From the human T2T-CHM13v2.0 reference genome, Homo sapiens, in assembly GCF_009914755.1 (NCBI RefSeq), contig NC_060948.1: DNA of 64,000 bases; one strand, given 5' to 3'. This document shows positions 1 to 16,158 of the stretch, piece after piece; the first letter of the stretch is position 1; every line of letters starts with the position of its first letter. The position numbers and the translations under genes were made by a program. Under the pieces are notes generated by a model. The model saw nothing but the letters and a program-made list of their open reading frames with translations. It ran no database searches and was not told the DNA's origin.

Positions 1-1091
1 CTCCTGGCACATATGTGTGAGTGAGGACCTTGCTACAATCACTACAATGAAGCACTTTGTCTGGCACACCCCATCAGAGTGTTGTTGCCAGTCGACTGGG
101 AACACCTCAGTGCTTAACATTGAAGGGCCAGACAACAAATCTGTGGGTATGTTACCAGCGTTGCAAAATTAGAGCGTGCAGTTCAGGAGTGCTGGGCTGA
201 GCCTTTGCCCCCTGAAATCTTCCAGAAATGAAGCCATTTGACTGAAACTACCTTGTGCCACAGTCAAATCCTCAAGGGCATTAAAGAATATAAAAAAGGA
301 AAAAACTCCATCCAAAGGACAGTGATTCAAAACATTAAAGGAACCTTAGCCCACACAGATGTGAAAGAACCAGTGCAAGAACTCTGGCAATATAAAAAGC
401 CAGAATGTCTTCCTGTCTTCAAGCAATCATACTAACTCTCCAACAATGGTTGTTAACCAGGATTAAATGACAGACATAGATTTCAGAATCTGGATAGAAA
501 CAAAGATCATTGAGATTCAGAAGAAAGTCAAAATCCAATGCAAATGATCTAAGAAATCCAATAAGACGACATAAGAGCTGAAAGATGAAATAGGCATTTT
601 AAGAAAGAACCAAACTAAACTGATAGAGCTGAAAAATGCACCTCAAGAATTTCATAATACAATAACAAATACTAACATCAGAACGGACCAAGCTGAGGAA
701 AGAATCTCAGATCTCAAAGACCACTTCTTTGAATCAACTCAGTCAGATGAAAATAAAGAACAAAAAAGAATGAACAAAACCTCTGAGAAATCTGAGATTA
801 TGTAAAGAGACCAAACATATGACTCAAGGCATCACTCAAAGAAAGGGAGAAAGAACAAGCAAGTTGGAAAACATATTTGAGGTTACTGCCCACAAAAATT
901 TCCCAAATCTTGCTAGAGAAGTCACCATTTAAATCCAGGAAATGCAGAGAATCCTGTGAGATACTATACAAGATGACCATCCCCAAGACAGACAGTCATC
1001 AGATTCTCCAAGGTCAACATGAAATAAAAAAATAAGAAATGCAGCTAAAGTGAAGGGCAGGTCACATACAAAGGGAATCCCATCAGGCTAA

Positions 1092-1445
<354 letters not shown>

Positions 1446-1476
1446 TTCAGCATTCTTAAAAAAAAAAAAAAAACTT

Positions 1477-1813
<337 letters not shown>

Positions 1814-4800
1814 TCATATGTGAAGGAGAAGTAAGATCTTTTCCAGACAAACAAATGCTAACGGAATCTGTTACCACCAGACATGCCTTAAAAGAGGTCC
1901 TTAAGGGAGTGCTAAGCATGGAAGTGAAAGACTGTTAATGGCCACCACAAAAATACATTTAAGTACATAGACCATTGACATTGTAAAGTAACAACACAAT
2001 CAAGTCTGCATAATAACCAGCTAACAACATAATGGCAGGACCAAAGCTATAAATACCAATATTAGCTGTGAATGTAAACAGTATAAATGCCCCGCTTAAA
2101 ACTCGCAGAATGGCAAGTTGGGTAAAGAAGCAAAGCCCGACCGTATCTGTTGTCAAGAGACCTAGCTCATATGCAACAATACCCATTGGTTTGAAGTAAA
2201 AGGATGGAAAAAAATCTACCAAGCAAATGCAAAACAAAACAGGGTAAGCATTGTTATTCTAATTCAGACAAAATAGACTTTAAACCAACAACAATCAAAA
2301 AGACAAAGAAGGGCACTACTTAATGATAAAGGGTTCAATTCAACAAGAAGACTTAACAGTCTGAAAGATAAATGTGCTCAAAACTGGAGCATTCACATTT
2401 GTAAAACAAGTTCATAGAGACCTATAGAGAGACTTAGATAACCACAGAATAATAGTGAGAGACTTCAACATCTCACTGACGGTACTAGACAGATCATAGA
2501 GACAGAAAATGGACAAAGATATTCAGGACTTGAAGTCAACACTTGGCTAAATGGACATAACAGCCTTCTACAGAACACTCCACCCAACAACAACAGAATA
2601 TATCTTCCTCTCATCTGTACATAGCATATATTGTAAAATTGATCACACTATCAGTCTAAAATTATTTTCAATAAATTAAAAGAAACCCCTGAAATCATGC
2701 CAACCACACTCTTGAACCGCTCAGTGTAACAAAAATAGAAGTCAATACTAAGAAGAACTCTCAAAACCATACAATTACATGGAAATTAAACAACCTGTGC
2801 CTGAATGACTTTTGGGTAAACAATGAAATTAAGGCAGAAACCAATAAATTCTTTGAAACTAATTAAAACAAAGATATAACATTCTAGGCTCTCTAAGAGA
2901 CAGACAAAGCAGTGTTAAGGGAAAAGTTTATCGTGCTAAATGCCCATATTGAAAAGTTAGAAGGATCTTAAATTAACAACCTAATATCATACCTAAAGGA
3001 AATAGAAAAACAAGAGGAATCCAACCCAAAGCTAGCAGAAGAAAATAACCAAAATCAGAGCAGAATGGAATGAAATTGAGTCATGAAAAGCCATACAAAA
3101 GATAAATGAACTAAAAGCTGGTTCTTCGAAAGAATAAATAAATTTGATAGGTCACTAGCTAGACAAATAAGGAAAAAAAAAAGAGAAGATACAAAAAATA
3201 CAATCAGAAGTGGTAAAGTGGACATTACCGCCAACCACACAGAAATACAAAAAACTGTCAGAGACTATGATGAACATGTTTATGCTAACAAAGTAGGACA
3301 CCTACAACAAATGGGTAAGTTTCTGGAAACATACAACCTCCCAAGATTGAACTAGGAAGAAATTGAAATCCTGAACAAACCAAAAATGAGTTTCGAAACT
3401 GAATGAGTAATAAAAAGTCTCTGAGCCAAAAAAAAAAAAAAAAAAAAAAACAGCAAGCCCAGGACCCAACAGATTCACAGACAAATTCTACCGGAAGTGT
3501 AAAGAAGAGCTGGTACCAATGCTACTGAAATTATTCCAAAAAATGGAGGAGGAAGGATCCCTCCCTAACTCATTTTATGAGGTCAGCATCATTCAGATAT
3601 GAAAACCTGGCAGAGACACAACAAAAAAGAAAACTTCAGGACAGTCATCCCTGATGATCATAGATGCAAATATCCTCAACAAAATATAAGCCAACTGAAT
3701 CCAGCAGCATGTCAAAAAGCTAGTCCACTATGATCAAGTAAGCTTTATCCCTGGGATGCAAGTTTGGTTCAAGATATGCAAATCAATAAACGTGATTCAT
3801 CATAAAAAAGGACTAAAAATAAAAATATCCCTTCATGATATAAACCCTCAACAAATGAGTTACTGAAGGAGCATACCTCAAAATAATTGGAGCCATTTAT
3901 GACAAACCCACAGCCAACTTCACACTGAATGGGAAAAAGCTGGAATATTCCCTTTAAGAACTGGAACAAGACAAGGATGCCCACTCTCACTACTCCTATT
4001 CAACATAGTGCTGGATGTCCTAGCCAGTGCAATAGGCAAGAGAAAGAAACACAGACATCTAAATAGGAAGAATGGAAGTCAAACCATGCCTCTTCATAGG
4101 TGAAACACTTTTATACCAAGGAAACCCCATAGTAGCCTCTCGAGAGCTCCCAGATCTGATAAATGACTTCAGCAAAGTTTCAGGATACAAAAATCAATGT
4201 ACAAAAATCTGTAACATTTCTATACATTAACATCATCCAAGCTGACAGCCAAATAAAGAATGCAATCCCATTCCCAGTAGCCACAAAAAAAACTACAAAA
4301 TACCTTGGAATACAGCTAATCAGGGAGGTGAAAAATCTCTAAAATGAAAATTACAAACAAGTGCTCAAAGAATCAGAGACAACAGAAACAAAAGGAAAAC
4401 ATTCCATGATCACAGATAGGAAGAAGCAATATTGTTAAAATGGCCATACTGTCTAAGGCTATTTACAGAGTCAATGCTATTCCTATCATACCACCAATGA
4501 CATTTTTCACAGGATTAAAAAAAAAGCATTCTAAAGTTCATTTGGAGCCAAAAAAAAAAAAAGAAAAAAAAAAGCCCAAATTACCAAAGCAATCCTAAGC
4601 AAAAAGAACAAAGTCGAAAGCATCACACTACCTGACTTCAAACTGTACTACAATGCTACAGTAAGCAAAACAGCATGGTTATGCTCATCAAAAGAAATAA
4701 TCAGCAGAGTAAAAAGACAACCTATAGAGTGGGAGAAAATCTTTACAAACTATGCATCCAGCAAAGTACTAATATCCAGAATCTATAAGGAACTCAAAAA

Positions 4801-5548
4801 CAGACATAGACCAGTGGAACAGGTTACAGAATGCAGAAATAAAGCTGTACACCTATAGCCATCTACTCTTCAACAAACTTGACAAAAACAAGCAATGGGG
4901 AAGGGAATCCCTACTTGGAAATTGTGCTGGGATAACTGGCTAGCCGTATGCAGAAAATTGAAATGACTCCATACGTTTCACCGTTTACAAAAATCAACTC
5001 AAGGTAGATTAAAGACTTAAATGTAAAACCCAAAACTATAAAAACCCTGGAAGATAGCCTAAGAAATACCATTCTCCATACAGGCCATTCTGGACATATC
5101 CTAGGAAATTTCAATTCTGGAAAACACTTTATGACAAAGATGTCAAAAGCAATTGCAACAAAAACAAAAATTCACAATTGCGACCTAATTAAACTAAAGG
5201 GCTTCTGCACAGCAAAAGAAATAATCAACAAACAACCTATGGAATGGAAGAAAATATTTTCAAACCATGCATTCGACAAAAGTCTAATATCCAGAATACA
5301 AAAAGAACTTAGAAAAATCAACAAGCAAAAATCTAACAACCCCATTAAATGGGCAAAGGACAGGACAAGACACTTCTCAAAAGAAGACAAACACATAGTC
5401 AACAAGTACACGGAAAAGTATTCAACATCACTAATCTTTAGAGAAATGCAAAACAAAAGTGCAATGAAATACAACCTCACAGGAGGCAGAATGGCTATTA
5501 ATAAAAAGTCAAAAAGTAATAGATGCTGGCGAGCTTGGGGAGCTACTC

Positions 5549-5696
5549 CCAGGTCTTTGGAAGGCTGAGGCATGAGAATTGCTTGAACCTGGGAGGCAGA
5601 GGTGGCAGTGAGCTGAGATTGGGCCATTGCGCTCTAACCTGGGCAACAGAGCAAGACTCCATCCCCAAAAAAAAATACAGAAAGAGAAAGAAAGAA
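5549..5696 (+). mobile_element. Alu right-arm fragment with A-rich tail
   Basis: ggctgaggcatgagaattgcttgaacctgggaggcagagg...gcaagactccatc followed by an A-rich tail. Confidence 0.8.
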
Positions 5697-7310
5697 AAAC
5701 CCACAGCCAACATTATACTGAATGGGAAAAGTTGAAAGCATTCTCCCGAGAACTGGAACAAGACAAGGATGCCCACTTTCACCACTTCTATTCAACATAG
5801 TACTGGAAGTCCTAGCCAGAGCAATCAGACAAGAGAAAGAAATAAAGGGCATCTAAATCAGCAAAGAGGAAGTCAAACTGTTGCTGTTCCTGATGATATG
5901 ATCATATAATGAGAAAACCCTAAAGACTCATCCAAAAAGCTCCTAGATCTGATAAATGAATTCAGTAACGTTTCAGGATACAACATCAATGTACACAAAT
6001 CAGTAGAACTGGTATACACCGAGGGTGACTGAGCTGAGAATTAAATCAAGATCTCAACCCCTTTTACAGCAGCTACAAAAAAACCAAACCAAACGAACAA
6101 ACAATACCAAAGAAAAAACCCAAGCAAACCAATTTAGGAATATACCTAACCAAGGAGGTGAAAGATCTCTACAGTGGAAACTACAAAACACTGCAGAAAG
6201 AAATCATAGATGACACTAACAAATAGAAACACATTACATGCTCATGGATAGGTAGAAAAAATATTGTGAAAATGACCATACTGCCAAAAGCAATCTACAT
6301 CATCATTCTTCCCCGAACTAGAAAAAGCAATCCTAAAATTCATGTGGAGCCCAAAAATAGCCCGCATAACGAAAGCAAGACTAAGCAAAAAGAACAAATG
6401 TGGATGCATCACATTGCTTGACTTCAAGCTATGCTATAAGTCTATAGTCACCAAAGCAGCATAATACTGGTATAAAAATAGGCACATAGACTAATGGAAC
6501 CGAATAGAGAACTGAGAAATAAAGCCAAATACTTAAGCCAACGGATCTTTAACAAAGGAACCAAAAACATAAAGTTGGGAAAGGATACCATATTCAACAA
6601 ATGGTGCTAGGATAATTGGCAAGCCATATGTAGAAGAATGAAACTGCATCCTCATCTCTCACCTTATACAAAAATCAACTCAAGATGGATCAAAGACTTA
6701 AATCTAACACCTAAAACAGTAAAAATTCTAGAAGGTAACATTGGAATTACCCTTCTAGACATTTGCTTAGGCAAAGACTTCATGACCAAGAACCCAAAAG
6801 CAAAGGCAACAAAAACAAAGATAAATAAATGGGACTTCATTAAACTAAGAATCTTCTACACAGCAAAAGAAATAATCAGCAGAGTAAAAACACAACCTAT
6901 AGAGTGGGAGAAAATCTTTACAAACTATGCATCCAACAAAGTACTAATATCCAGAACCCATAAGGAACTCAAACAAATCAGCAAGAAAAAAACCAAATTA
7001 TCCTATCAAAAAGTGTGCTAAGGACATGAATAGACACTTCCCAAAAGAAGATATAAATGGCCAAGAAACATGAAAAAATCCTCAATATCACTAATTATCA
7101 GGGAAATGCAAACAAAACCACTTAAATAATTAAAAGTTGATCTACAATTTGATCTAGCAATCCCACAACTGGGTATCTACCCAGAGGAAAAGAAGTCATT
7201 ATATTAAAAAAACGCTTGCACACACGTTTACTGCAGCACAATTTGCAGTTGTGAAATATATGGAAATAGCTCAAATGCCCATCAATCAATGAACACATAG
7301 AGAAAATATG

Positions 7311-7360
<50 letters not shown>

Positions 7361-7795
7361 ACATACACACATATATGTGTATATATGTATATATATATAT
7401 ATGTGTATGTGTGTATATATATACACACACAGACCATAGAGGGAATACTACTCAGCTATAAAAAGGAATGAAATAATGGCATTCACAGCAGCCTGGAAAG
7501 AGTCGGACACCATTATTCTAAGTGAAGTAATTCAGGAATGAAAAAATCAAACATTGTATGTTCTGACTTATAAGTGGGAGTTATGCTATGAGGATGCAAA
7601 AGCATAAGAATGATACAATGGACTTTGGGGACTTAGGGGGAAGAGTAGGAGGAGGGTGAGGGATAAAAGACTACACCTTGGGTGCAGTGTACACTGCTTT
7701 GGTGATGGGTGCACCAAAATCTCAGAAATTACCACTAAAAATATTTTCCATGTAAACAAACACCACCTGTTCCTTAAAAACTAATGAAAAAAATA
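5697..7795 (+). mobile_element. 5'-truncated L1PB-like element nested in the older L1
   Basis: ORF2 RT and C-terminal sequence (6638-7021, [22 protein letters not shown]); L1PB-type 3'UTR ending aaacaccacctgttcc...aaaa. Confidence 0.8.
7313..7430. repeat. Compound (TA)n/(TG)n/(CA)n microsatellite
   Basis: Visible dinucleotide runs. Confidence 0.95.
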
Positions 7796-8160
7796 TAAAA
7801 GACATGAGATCAACCTAAATGCCCATCAATGGTGAACTGGATAAAGAAAATGTTGCACATATACACCATAGAATAATACACAAAGTGAATTAACGGAGGA
7901 ACAGGAAACCAAATATCCCATATTCTCACCTATAAGTGGGAGCTAAACACTGAGTACACATGGACAGAAAGAAGGGAACAATCGTCACTAGGTGAATTTG
8001 AGGGTGGAGGGTGGAAGGAGGGGGAGAATAGAAAAACTACCTATTGGGTATTATACTTACAACCTGGGTGACAAAATAATCTCCTTACCAAACCCCTGTG
8101 ACATGCAATTTATCCATATAACAAGCCTGGTCATGTACCCCTTGAGCCAAAATAAAAATT
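7796..8160 (+). mobile_element. 3' end of the host old L1
   Basis: aaagacatg...aaatgcccatcaatgg...gaaaaactacctattgggta...catgtacccc, an L1PA13-16-type 3'UTR. Confidence 0.75.
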
Positions 8161-8963
8161 GGAGAAGAAAAAAACTCCTAAGAGTTGTCACTTTGGGTAG
8201 AGTTATGGGCATTATGATTTGAAGGCATAGTTTAAGGTCATTCCTCCTTTATTTATAAGTTCTAATTTTTAAAATAAAAGTGCATTTGACTATTTTATCA
8301 TATACATTAATTTAAAAATTCACTGGATTTTATAGTAACTATGTAATGGATGAACTTTGCTATGAATGTCATTGGAATGGATAAGCAGAGACAAAAGTTG
8401 ATGAATTAAGAAATGAAAAGGAGTTAGGATCTAGAGACAGTAGTTATAGACTTATTCTGAGGAATTCAAACATAAGACAAATGGATGGTAGATAAAGATG
8501 GATGGGGTATTGGATATACGGCAAGAGTTTTTGTTTGCTTGCTTTCTTCAAAATGGGAGAGTTTATATTTATACACCTATGTCTATATAAAATGTTTCTC
8601 AAATATATATATAAATACACATACATATATATGAAATGTGCAACTGTATTTACATATAGCTATGAGGAAGAGGCCATTAGATAGATTAAAACATTCAGAT
8701 ATGTTATAATACAGATGAAAAGGAATAAATTGATCACTTGAATTTTCTTGATGATAAACATTTAGGTGCTATGAATGTTTGTTAAAAAGATTTCGTGCAA
8801 TTTGGGACATGCTCTGCTTTTAATCAACTGCTTTCCAAGGATTTTAACACTGTGAAATGAATTTTAATAGAGCTTTTCTATACAATATTCTGAATATTTT
8901 AACAGTTTTAACCAAGCATCCTTAATTGAATATTTCCGTAAGAAAAAATGAGATAGAAATTAC

Positions 8964-9091
8964 CCTAATAGAATTGCCCATTGCCAGGGAAATTTCATAA
9001 TGAAGTGGGAAAAAACAGCAGCTGCACTTGCCTCCATAAGGCATGGACCTAAAGCCATTCTGAAACAAACCACCTTCAAATGCCTCAAAGC
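8964..9091 (-). pseudogene. SLC9B1P: SLC9B1-derived exon, 128 nt (ALRHLKVVCFRMALGPCLMEASAAAVFSHFIMKFPWQWAILL)
   Basis: gtttcAG acceptor, GTAATT donor; continues the frame of the previous exon. Confidence 0.92.
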
Positions 9092-9854
9092 CTGAAACAG
9101 AAAACAGTCACATTTGATACATTTACAATGGCCAAAAATAAAATTATTTTAACAAATGTTGGACTATAAAGTCTTTTTTCATAAGAAGCTTTCACTAAAC
9201 AAAATCTCATTTCAACAGATTGTCCCACAGGACTTTGAACCCTATTATATTTTATATGTCATCATAGGTTGGATTATAAACAATTTCATCTTTTATAAAA
9301 TATTATTGTATTTTAATTATTAAAAGATCAATTTTACTGTGATTAAATAGCTAATGCTACCTTCCTGAACTTTCCTAATACATAGTATAATAATAGTGTC
9401 ATATTAGTGTTTTCCCATTAACTTTTTGATATGAACTCTTTGATTAACTTAATAAGTATAAATACAATACTAACATGCCAAAGAAAATAACTTAAAAACT
9501 GCATAATTCATTTTAAAAGGGAGAACTTTTCAATTTTCTCCTTGGTTCATACTTTCTACTGGAGAATATAATCTCATTAGCTATAATTATTTATGCTCTT
9601 GAGCTATTTCTATTAAACCACATTTGCCACATTTATTTGAGTGGCTGTCATATTCATGAATAGTCATCTTCTTATAGATGGGATTTATGATCCCTAGAAT
9701 GTAATATTTTAAGAAATGCTTTAAAAGATTAGATTTTACAATAATGCAAAGATAATCAGGAACATAATCCTGTAGAGAAAACGTCATAAAAAATAACTGA
9801 AATCCTTAATCACCCTAAAAAAAGAAAAAGAATTGTATAAGGTTTTTCTTATAA

Positions 9855-10075
<221 letters not shown>

Positions 10076-10205
10076 TTTTTTCTTTATCTTAGGTTTGTTT
10101 ACAGACTCCACTTGGAACAGGTAAATAAAATTTTTGCTTCTTTTTCTTTCTCACCATCCTCTAATATTTGAAATAATCTTACTCGATTTGTAATTGTAAA
10201 TCTAC

Positions 10206-10348
10206 CTGTGGATCGAGTCCAAACCCAGCTCGTATTAGAATAATGTTAAGGGCAATGCTTCTTAAAATTGAAGATCATGCGTTAGGAACATGGATATGTT
10301 CACTGATGAATGGAACATTCCTAATTGTAAAACCAGCCACTAACATCC
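10206..10348 (-). pseudogene. SLC9B1P: SLC9B1-derived exon, 143 nt (MLVAGFTIRNVPFISEHIHVPNA*SSILRSIALNIILIRAGFGLDPQ)
   Basis: ttttaAG acceptor, GTAGA donor; TGA in place of the parental Trp. Confidence 0.92.
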
Positions 10349-10944
10349 CTTAAAAGGAAGAAAATAAACATACATGACAGTTCATTTTTCTGAGAAAGAA
10401 AACAGAAATGTTTACTTTATTTTCTAATGCACTATGTCTCTCATTATTTTGGTAAAGGGCACGTTACAAGCAAGTAGAGAAGGCAGCATGAATAAAGGAA
10501 TGGTGATAAGAAACAATACACCAAAATGGGGTTCAACAAGTAATTTAGTGTTGCTGGAACATACAGGGCAAGGAAAGGAGGGAGGAGAATTAGTTTGGTG
10601 GGCCAGATCATAGAAAGGTCTCCCCCCACTTTGGCAAAGTAAGGCACCATTGGAAGGTTTTAGGCAGGAAGTAACATAATGAGTCTTGTGATTTTTATAT
10701 GAGGGTCTTGGTGAATTAGTTATGGATAAAACTGGAGACAGAGACCAAATTGAAGGCTCTACCACAGTCCACGCAAAAGTTGGAAGCAAATAGCCTAAGC
10801 TAGAGCAAAAGAGGAAGTTTGGAGAGGAGGAAAATGATTCAATAAATACTTAGAAGGTGCTGCAAGAAAACTGTGGATACAGAAGTGACAGCAGAGATAA
10901 GATGTAGAGATTATCTGTAATGACATTGTACTGAATATATATTT

Positions 10945-11226
<282 letters not shown>

Positions 11227-11242
11227 TAGATATATTTGAATA

Positions 11243-11810
11243 CAGTAAGGTCTCACTTAACATCGTCGATAGGTGATTGGAAATGGCAACTTAGAGTAAA
11301 TTGCTATATAACAAAACCAATTTTAGCATAGGCTAAATGGTATAAACAAGAGTCAATTTCCTACAGTATATTTCTGGTCACAAAACATCATCAAACTTCT
11401 AAATAAAGATCCAAAACACTTCTAGTATTAAACAATGAAATAAATGTGAGCTCTACATACATTTTACAAAGTTTTATAAAAACAAATAAGATAATTATTT
11501 ACTTATTTTTTGGTGAATCCACGAGTGATGGTGGTTATAGCAGTGAATGTTAAAATCAAAGGATAAATGTTTACAAAGTGAAAATTGTAAGGAGCTCCTC
11601 CTCCCACTATGCAGTTCAAAAACAAACACAAATATGGTAGGCTGGCTGAGAGTTTTCATATCACGTTGTTTATTGTCTTGCATTTGTATGGCTATCATAT
11701 ACTTAACAAAATTTTATTTTACAATAATTTATATTAATTCATTTATTCATTGTACAATCCACTAGTTCAGGGTCATTGTACAATCCACTAGAATACTAGT
11801 TCAGGGTCAA
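11243..11810. mobile_element. MER82-like TcMar-Tigger DNA transposon fossil
   Basis: TA followed by cagtaaggtctcacttaacatcgtcgatagg, matching the recalled MER82 terminus. Confidence 0.65.
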
Positions 11811-11819
11811 AGGTGACTG

Positions 11820-11911
11820 AAACTTAATCCAAAAAAATCAAGGAGGGACTCCCTTCCTAACACATTCTATGAATCTAGTATCACAATTATACCCAAATCA
11901 GGCAAAGCCAT

Positions 11912-11961
<50 letters not shown>

Positions 11962-12560
11962 CTGGTCAATATCCCTGATGAACATAGATGCAAAAATTCT
12001 CAACTAGCAAAATGAATTCTATAGTACATCAAAAAGATAATATAGTTAGGTGGGTTTTACTCCAGAAATACAAGGATGGTTTAACATGTGAATCATTCTT
12101 CCATAAAGACATACACACACACATGTTCATTGCGGCACTATTCACAATAAAAAGACATGGAATCAACTTAAATGACTAAATAAAGAAAATGTGGTACATA
12201 TACACCATGGAATACTATGCAGTCATAAAAAAGAATGGCATCATGTTCTTTGTAGCAACATGGATAGAGCTGAACACCATTATCCTAAGTGAAATAACTC
12301 AGAAACAGAAAACTCAAATATCACGTTTTCACTTATACGTGGGAGCTAAACAATGGGTACATATGGACATAAAGATAGAAATAATAGACACTGGGGAGTC
12401 CAAAAGGAGAGAGGGTTGGAGGGTTAAGGTTGAAAAATTACCTATTGGGTATAGTATTCACTGTTTGGTGATGGGTTCACTAGAGCCCAAATCTCACCAT
12501 TGTGCAATATATCCATGTACCAAACCTGCACATGTACTCCGTGAATCTAAAATTTTTAAA
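11820..12560 (+). mobile_element. L1MA-like fragments containing (CA)n at ~11914-11959
   Basis: ORF2 C-terminal remnant MWYIYTMEYYAVIKKN and an L1 3'UTR. Confidence 0.7.
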
Positions 12561-12852
12561 GATTCTATTAAACAATAAAGCAACAGGAATAATGTACTAA
12601 GGATATTAAATTTATTTTTAAAATAAATTTTGGATAAAACTTGTGTGTGTATATATGTAGACAGAGAGAGAAATAAATGCCCCTATAAAGGAGCTGTACA
12701 CATACACACACACACAGTAAATACACATATGAAGAAACTATATAAAACATACTATATTGAAATATTTCTGAATTATAACTAATTCAACAAGAAAATGTTC
12801 AAAATTTGCATATAGTCAATAATAAAGAAAAGAGAGCTAATTATATACTTAC

Positions 12853-13023
12853 CAAGAAAAGGTGGAAGTGGAGGCACTAAAGGTATTCTAAAGAGTTGTA
12901 AAATTTTTCCCCCAATAATGGCACTATAAAAAATAATTAACAATCCAGATAAATTTCCACCAGGGAGAGCTTCAGAGCCTAAGATTGCTAAGGTCATACA
13001 CCATATCACAAACAGTGTAACTC
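12853..13023 (-). pseudogene. SLC9B1P: SLC9B1-derived exon, 171 nt (VTLFVIWCMTLAILGSEALPGGNLSGLLIIFYSAIIGGKILQLFRIPLVPPLPPFL)
   Basis: Acceptor tatttcAG at 13025-13024; donor GTAAGT at 12852; phase 1 to phase 1. Confidence 0.93.
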
Positions 13024-13273
13024 CTGAAATACAAAAAAGTGTACAGCTATATATCTACATACACATAGATGTATACAAAAAAAGGATCAATTCTCTTTTA
13101 TCATATATACTAATAGCCAGTTCTATAAAATGATACAGGGTATAGATCAACATTGCTTACTAGTTTGGTGAAAGAGATACCTGCTTAACATATACTCCAA
13201 ATAACCTGTCAATTTATGAATTAGGTTTTAAACAAAGTGTTTTCACTTTAAAAATATTTAAAAACTATATGTG

Positions 13274-13614
<341 letters not shown>

Positions 13615-14293
13615 TTATAATATATGATAGTTAAAAACTTCATGGCAATATGATGAGATTTACTTCATTTTATATTTTAAAATAGCTTTTTTATCAGGAT
13701 GGAAAATAAGAGGATGATTGGTTGTGATAAGAATTCACGACCTTATTGAAGATCACAGTGTCAAGGTGCCAAATCTTTTAACAGGAACCTGCTAAATCTT
13801 TTTATTGAAAGGATAATTCAACTGATATTTGGCATAAATGTATTATAGGAGGTATTGGCTGGAAGAAATGAACCTAGATTTTGTGGGAATAAATATAAAA
13901 TATCTTAGATTATGTGTAGAAGGTAGAGGGAGATTAAGATGAGTAGATATAAGTTACTAGACATCTTGTTTCTGGCAACTAGGTGCTACTCACTGAGGAA
14001 TCCATAGGTTTCTGTAAAGGACAGAAAATAACTTGGTAAATTTCCATTTGCTAATTAAATGGCTACCTTTATTTGCTATGAATCATAATTGCTAATGTTT
14101 TTAATATTCTTAAAACAGCTTACATGAATTTTTTAGCTATGACCCTTTTCTGACTGTATAGAATTTGCCAGGGTAGAAAAGGAGGATTTTGACTCACTCC
14201 AGGCAGAAAGTTAGAACAAAGTTTCTTTCTTCCTCCCCTCTGATTATTGTCATCTTGCAAAACTGGAAGCCTTGGAGGGTTAAACTGTCACTA

Positions 14294-14655
<362 letters not shown>

Positions 14656-16158
14656 CTACTGACAAATTGAGAAGACAAGGCAGTTTGTATTAGCTGGTCT
14701 CTTTGTGGCAAAGTCTTTTTTGAGAATTCATATGTAAAACTGGCCTCATCCAACTTATGTGTAGGGCTCAAATTACATTACGTGCACAGGTTAGGGATCC
14801 CAAAGTTCTAAACCTACCATAAAAGTGTCCCTGCATAGAAGTATCCCTAGAACACTTAGTAGATGCTAATTCAAAAAATCTCTAATAGACACTCCTGATC
14901 CCAGACTGCATAAAGTCTCAAAGGTAAAGCAAAGTGAATCTGAACTTAAAATAAGAAGAAATATCCCATGAGCAAAAGTTAACAGATACAACAAAGAATG
15001 GGATTACATGTCTAAAAACCTCAGCTAATAGAACCACTAGATAGACACTATAAAATATGTATTTTCAAAGGGACTAGAGACAATTTTTAAAAATTGGAAA
15101 CATGAGAAGAAGAAATTACTTGAAAGTATTGTAAAATAATTAAATAGAACATCTAGAAAAAAACTTTAAAATTTACTCAACTGAAAAAAAACCCACTAAC
15201 TACCCAAATAGCAATTTAGACAAAGCTGAAGAGACAACACAGCAAAGTAGTAGATATGAGGAAATTATTTAAGAGCATAGCACACACACAAAAAAAAACG
15301 AGGTGGAAAATGAGAGATTTAGATTATGGAAAAGATCTAAAACACAACTAATGGTAGTTTTAGAAACATAATTGAAAGAATGAAGAAGATATAATATTTG
15401 AGAAGAAAACTGACTTCAAATTTTACAGAATTGATTAGGGTTTTCATTGATTTGGACACAGGAAGTCAAATGAGTTCTAATCAGGATTAAGTAAAAATAG
15501 ATACTTAGATAAAATGTTGAGAAACTATAGACTACCAAAGGCAAAAATAAAATCTTAAATAATCTAGACAGAGAAAGAGAGATTAATCATAATTGAATAA
15601 ACAATAGAACAGATTCTCAATTCTTATCAGCAACAATAGAAGATGGAAGATAGTTAAATAAAGTCTTCAAAGTAAATAAAACATTCAATGTTGAATTCTG
15701 TAGCCAGTTAACTGTCACTCGAACAAAAGACAAATGAAAGATATTGTCAAATAAACACAGTTAAGAACATATGCCATTTTTTACCAGGGAAAAATCTACT
15801 GAAAGATATGCTTTAGAAATATGACATAGAACCAAAAAAGATGGAACAATGTGCAAAGAAATTGGTAAAATGTAGGTTAGTCTAAACAAGTATTTGTTGT
15901 GTAACACATTACTAATGAAATTTGTTAATCAGAGGATATAAAGATAAGGTTGGGAGGTGACATGAAAAGGTTGGCAATTTATTTCCCCACCAAAACTTCC
16001 CCCAGAAATTGCAGAAATACCAAAAACAATCATTTCAGGACCCCGAAAACTCATCAAAGGCAGTTATCATATTTAAGAAGCATTTTTTCTTGAAAAAAGT
16101 GTTAAGGTTTTGGGTAGGATTGGTAAAATCTGAGCCCTTCCTGACTGGGGTTGTTCCT

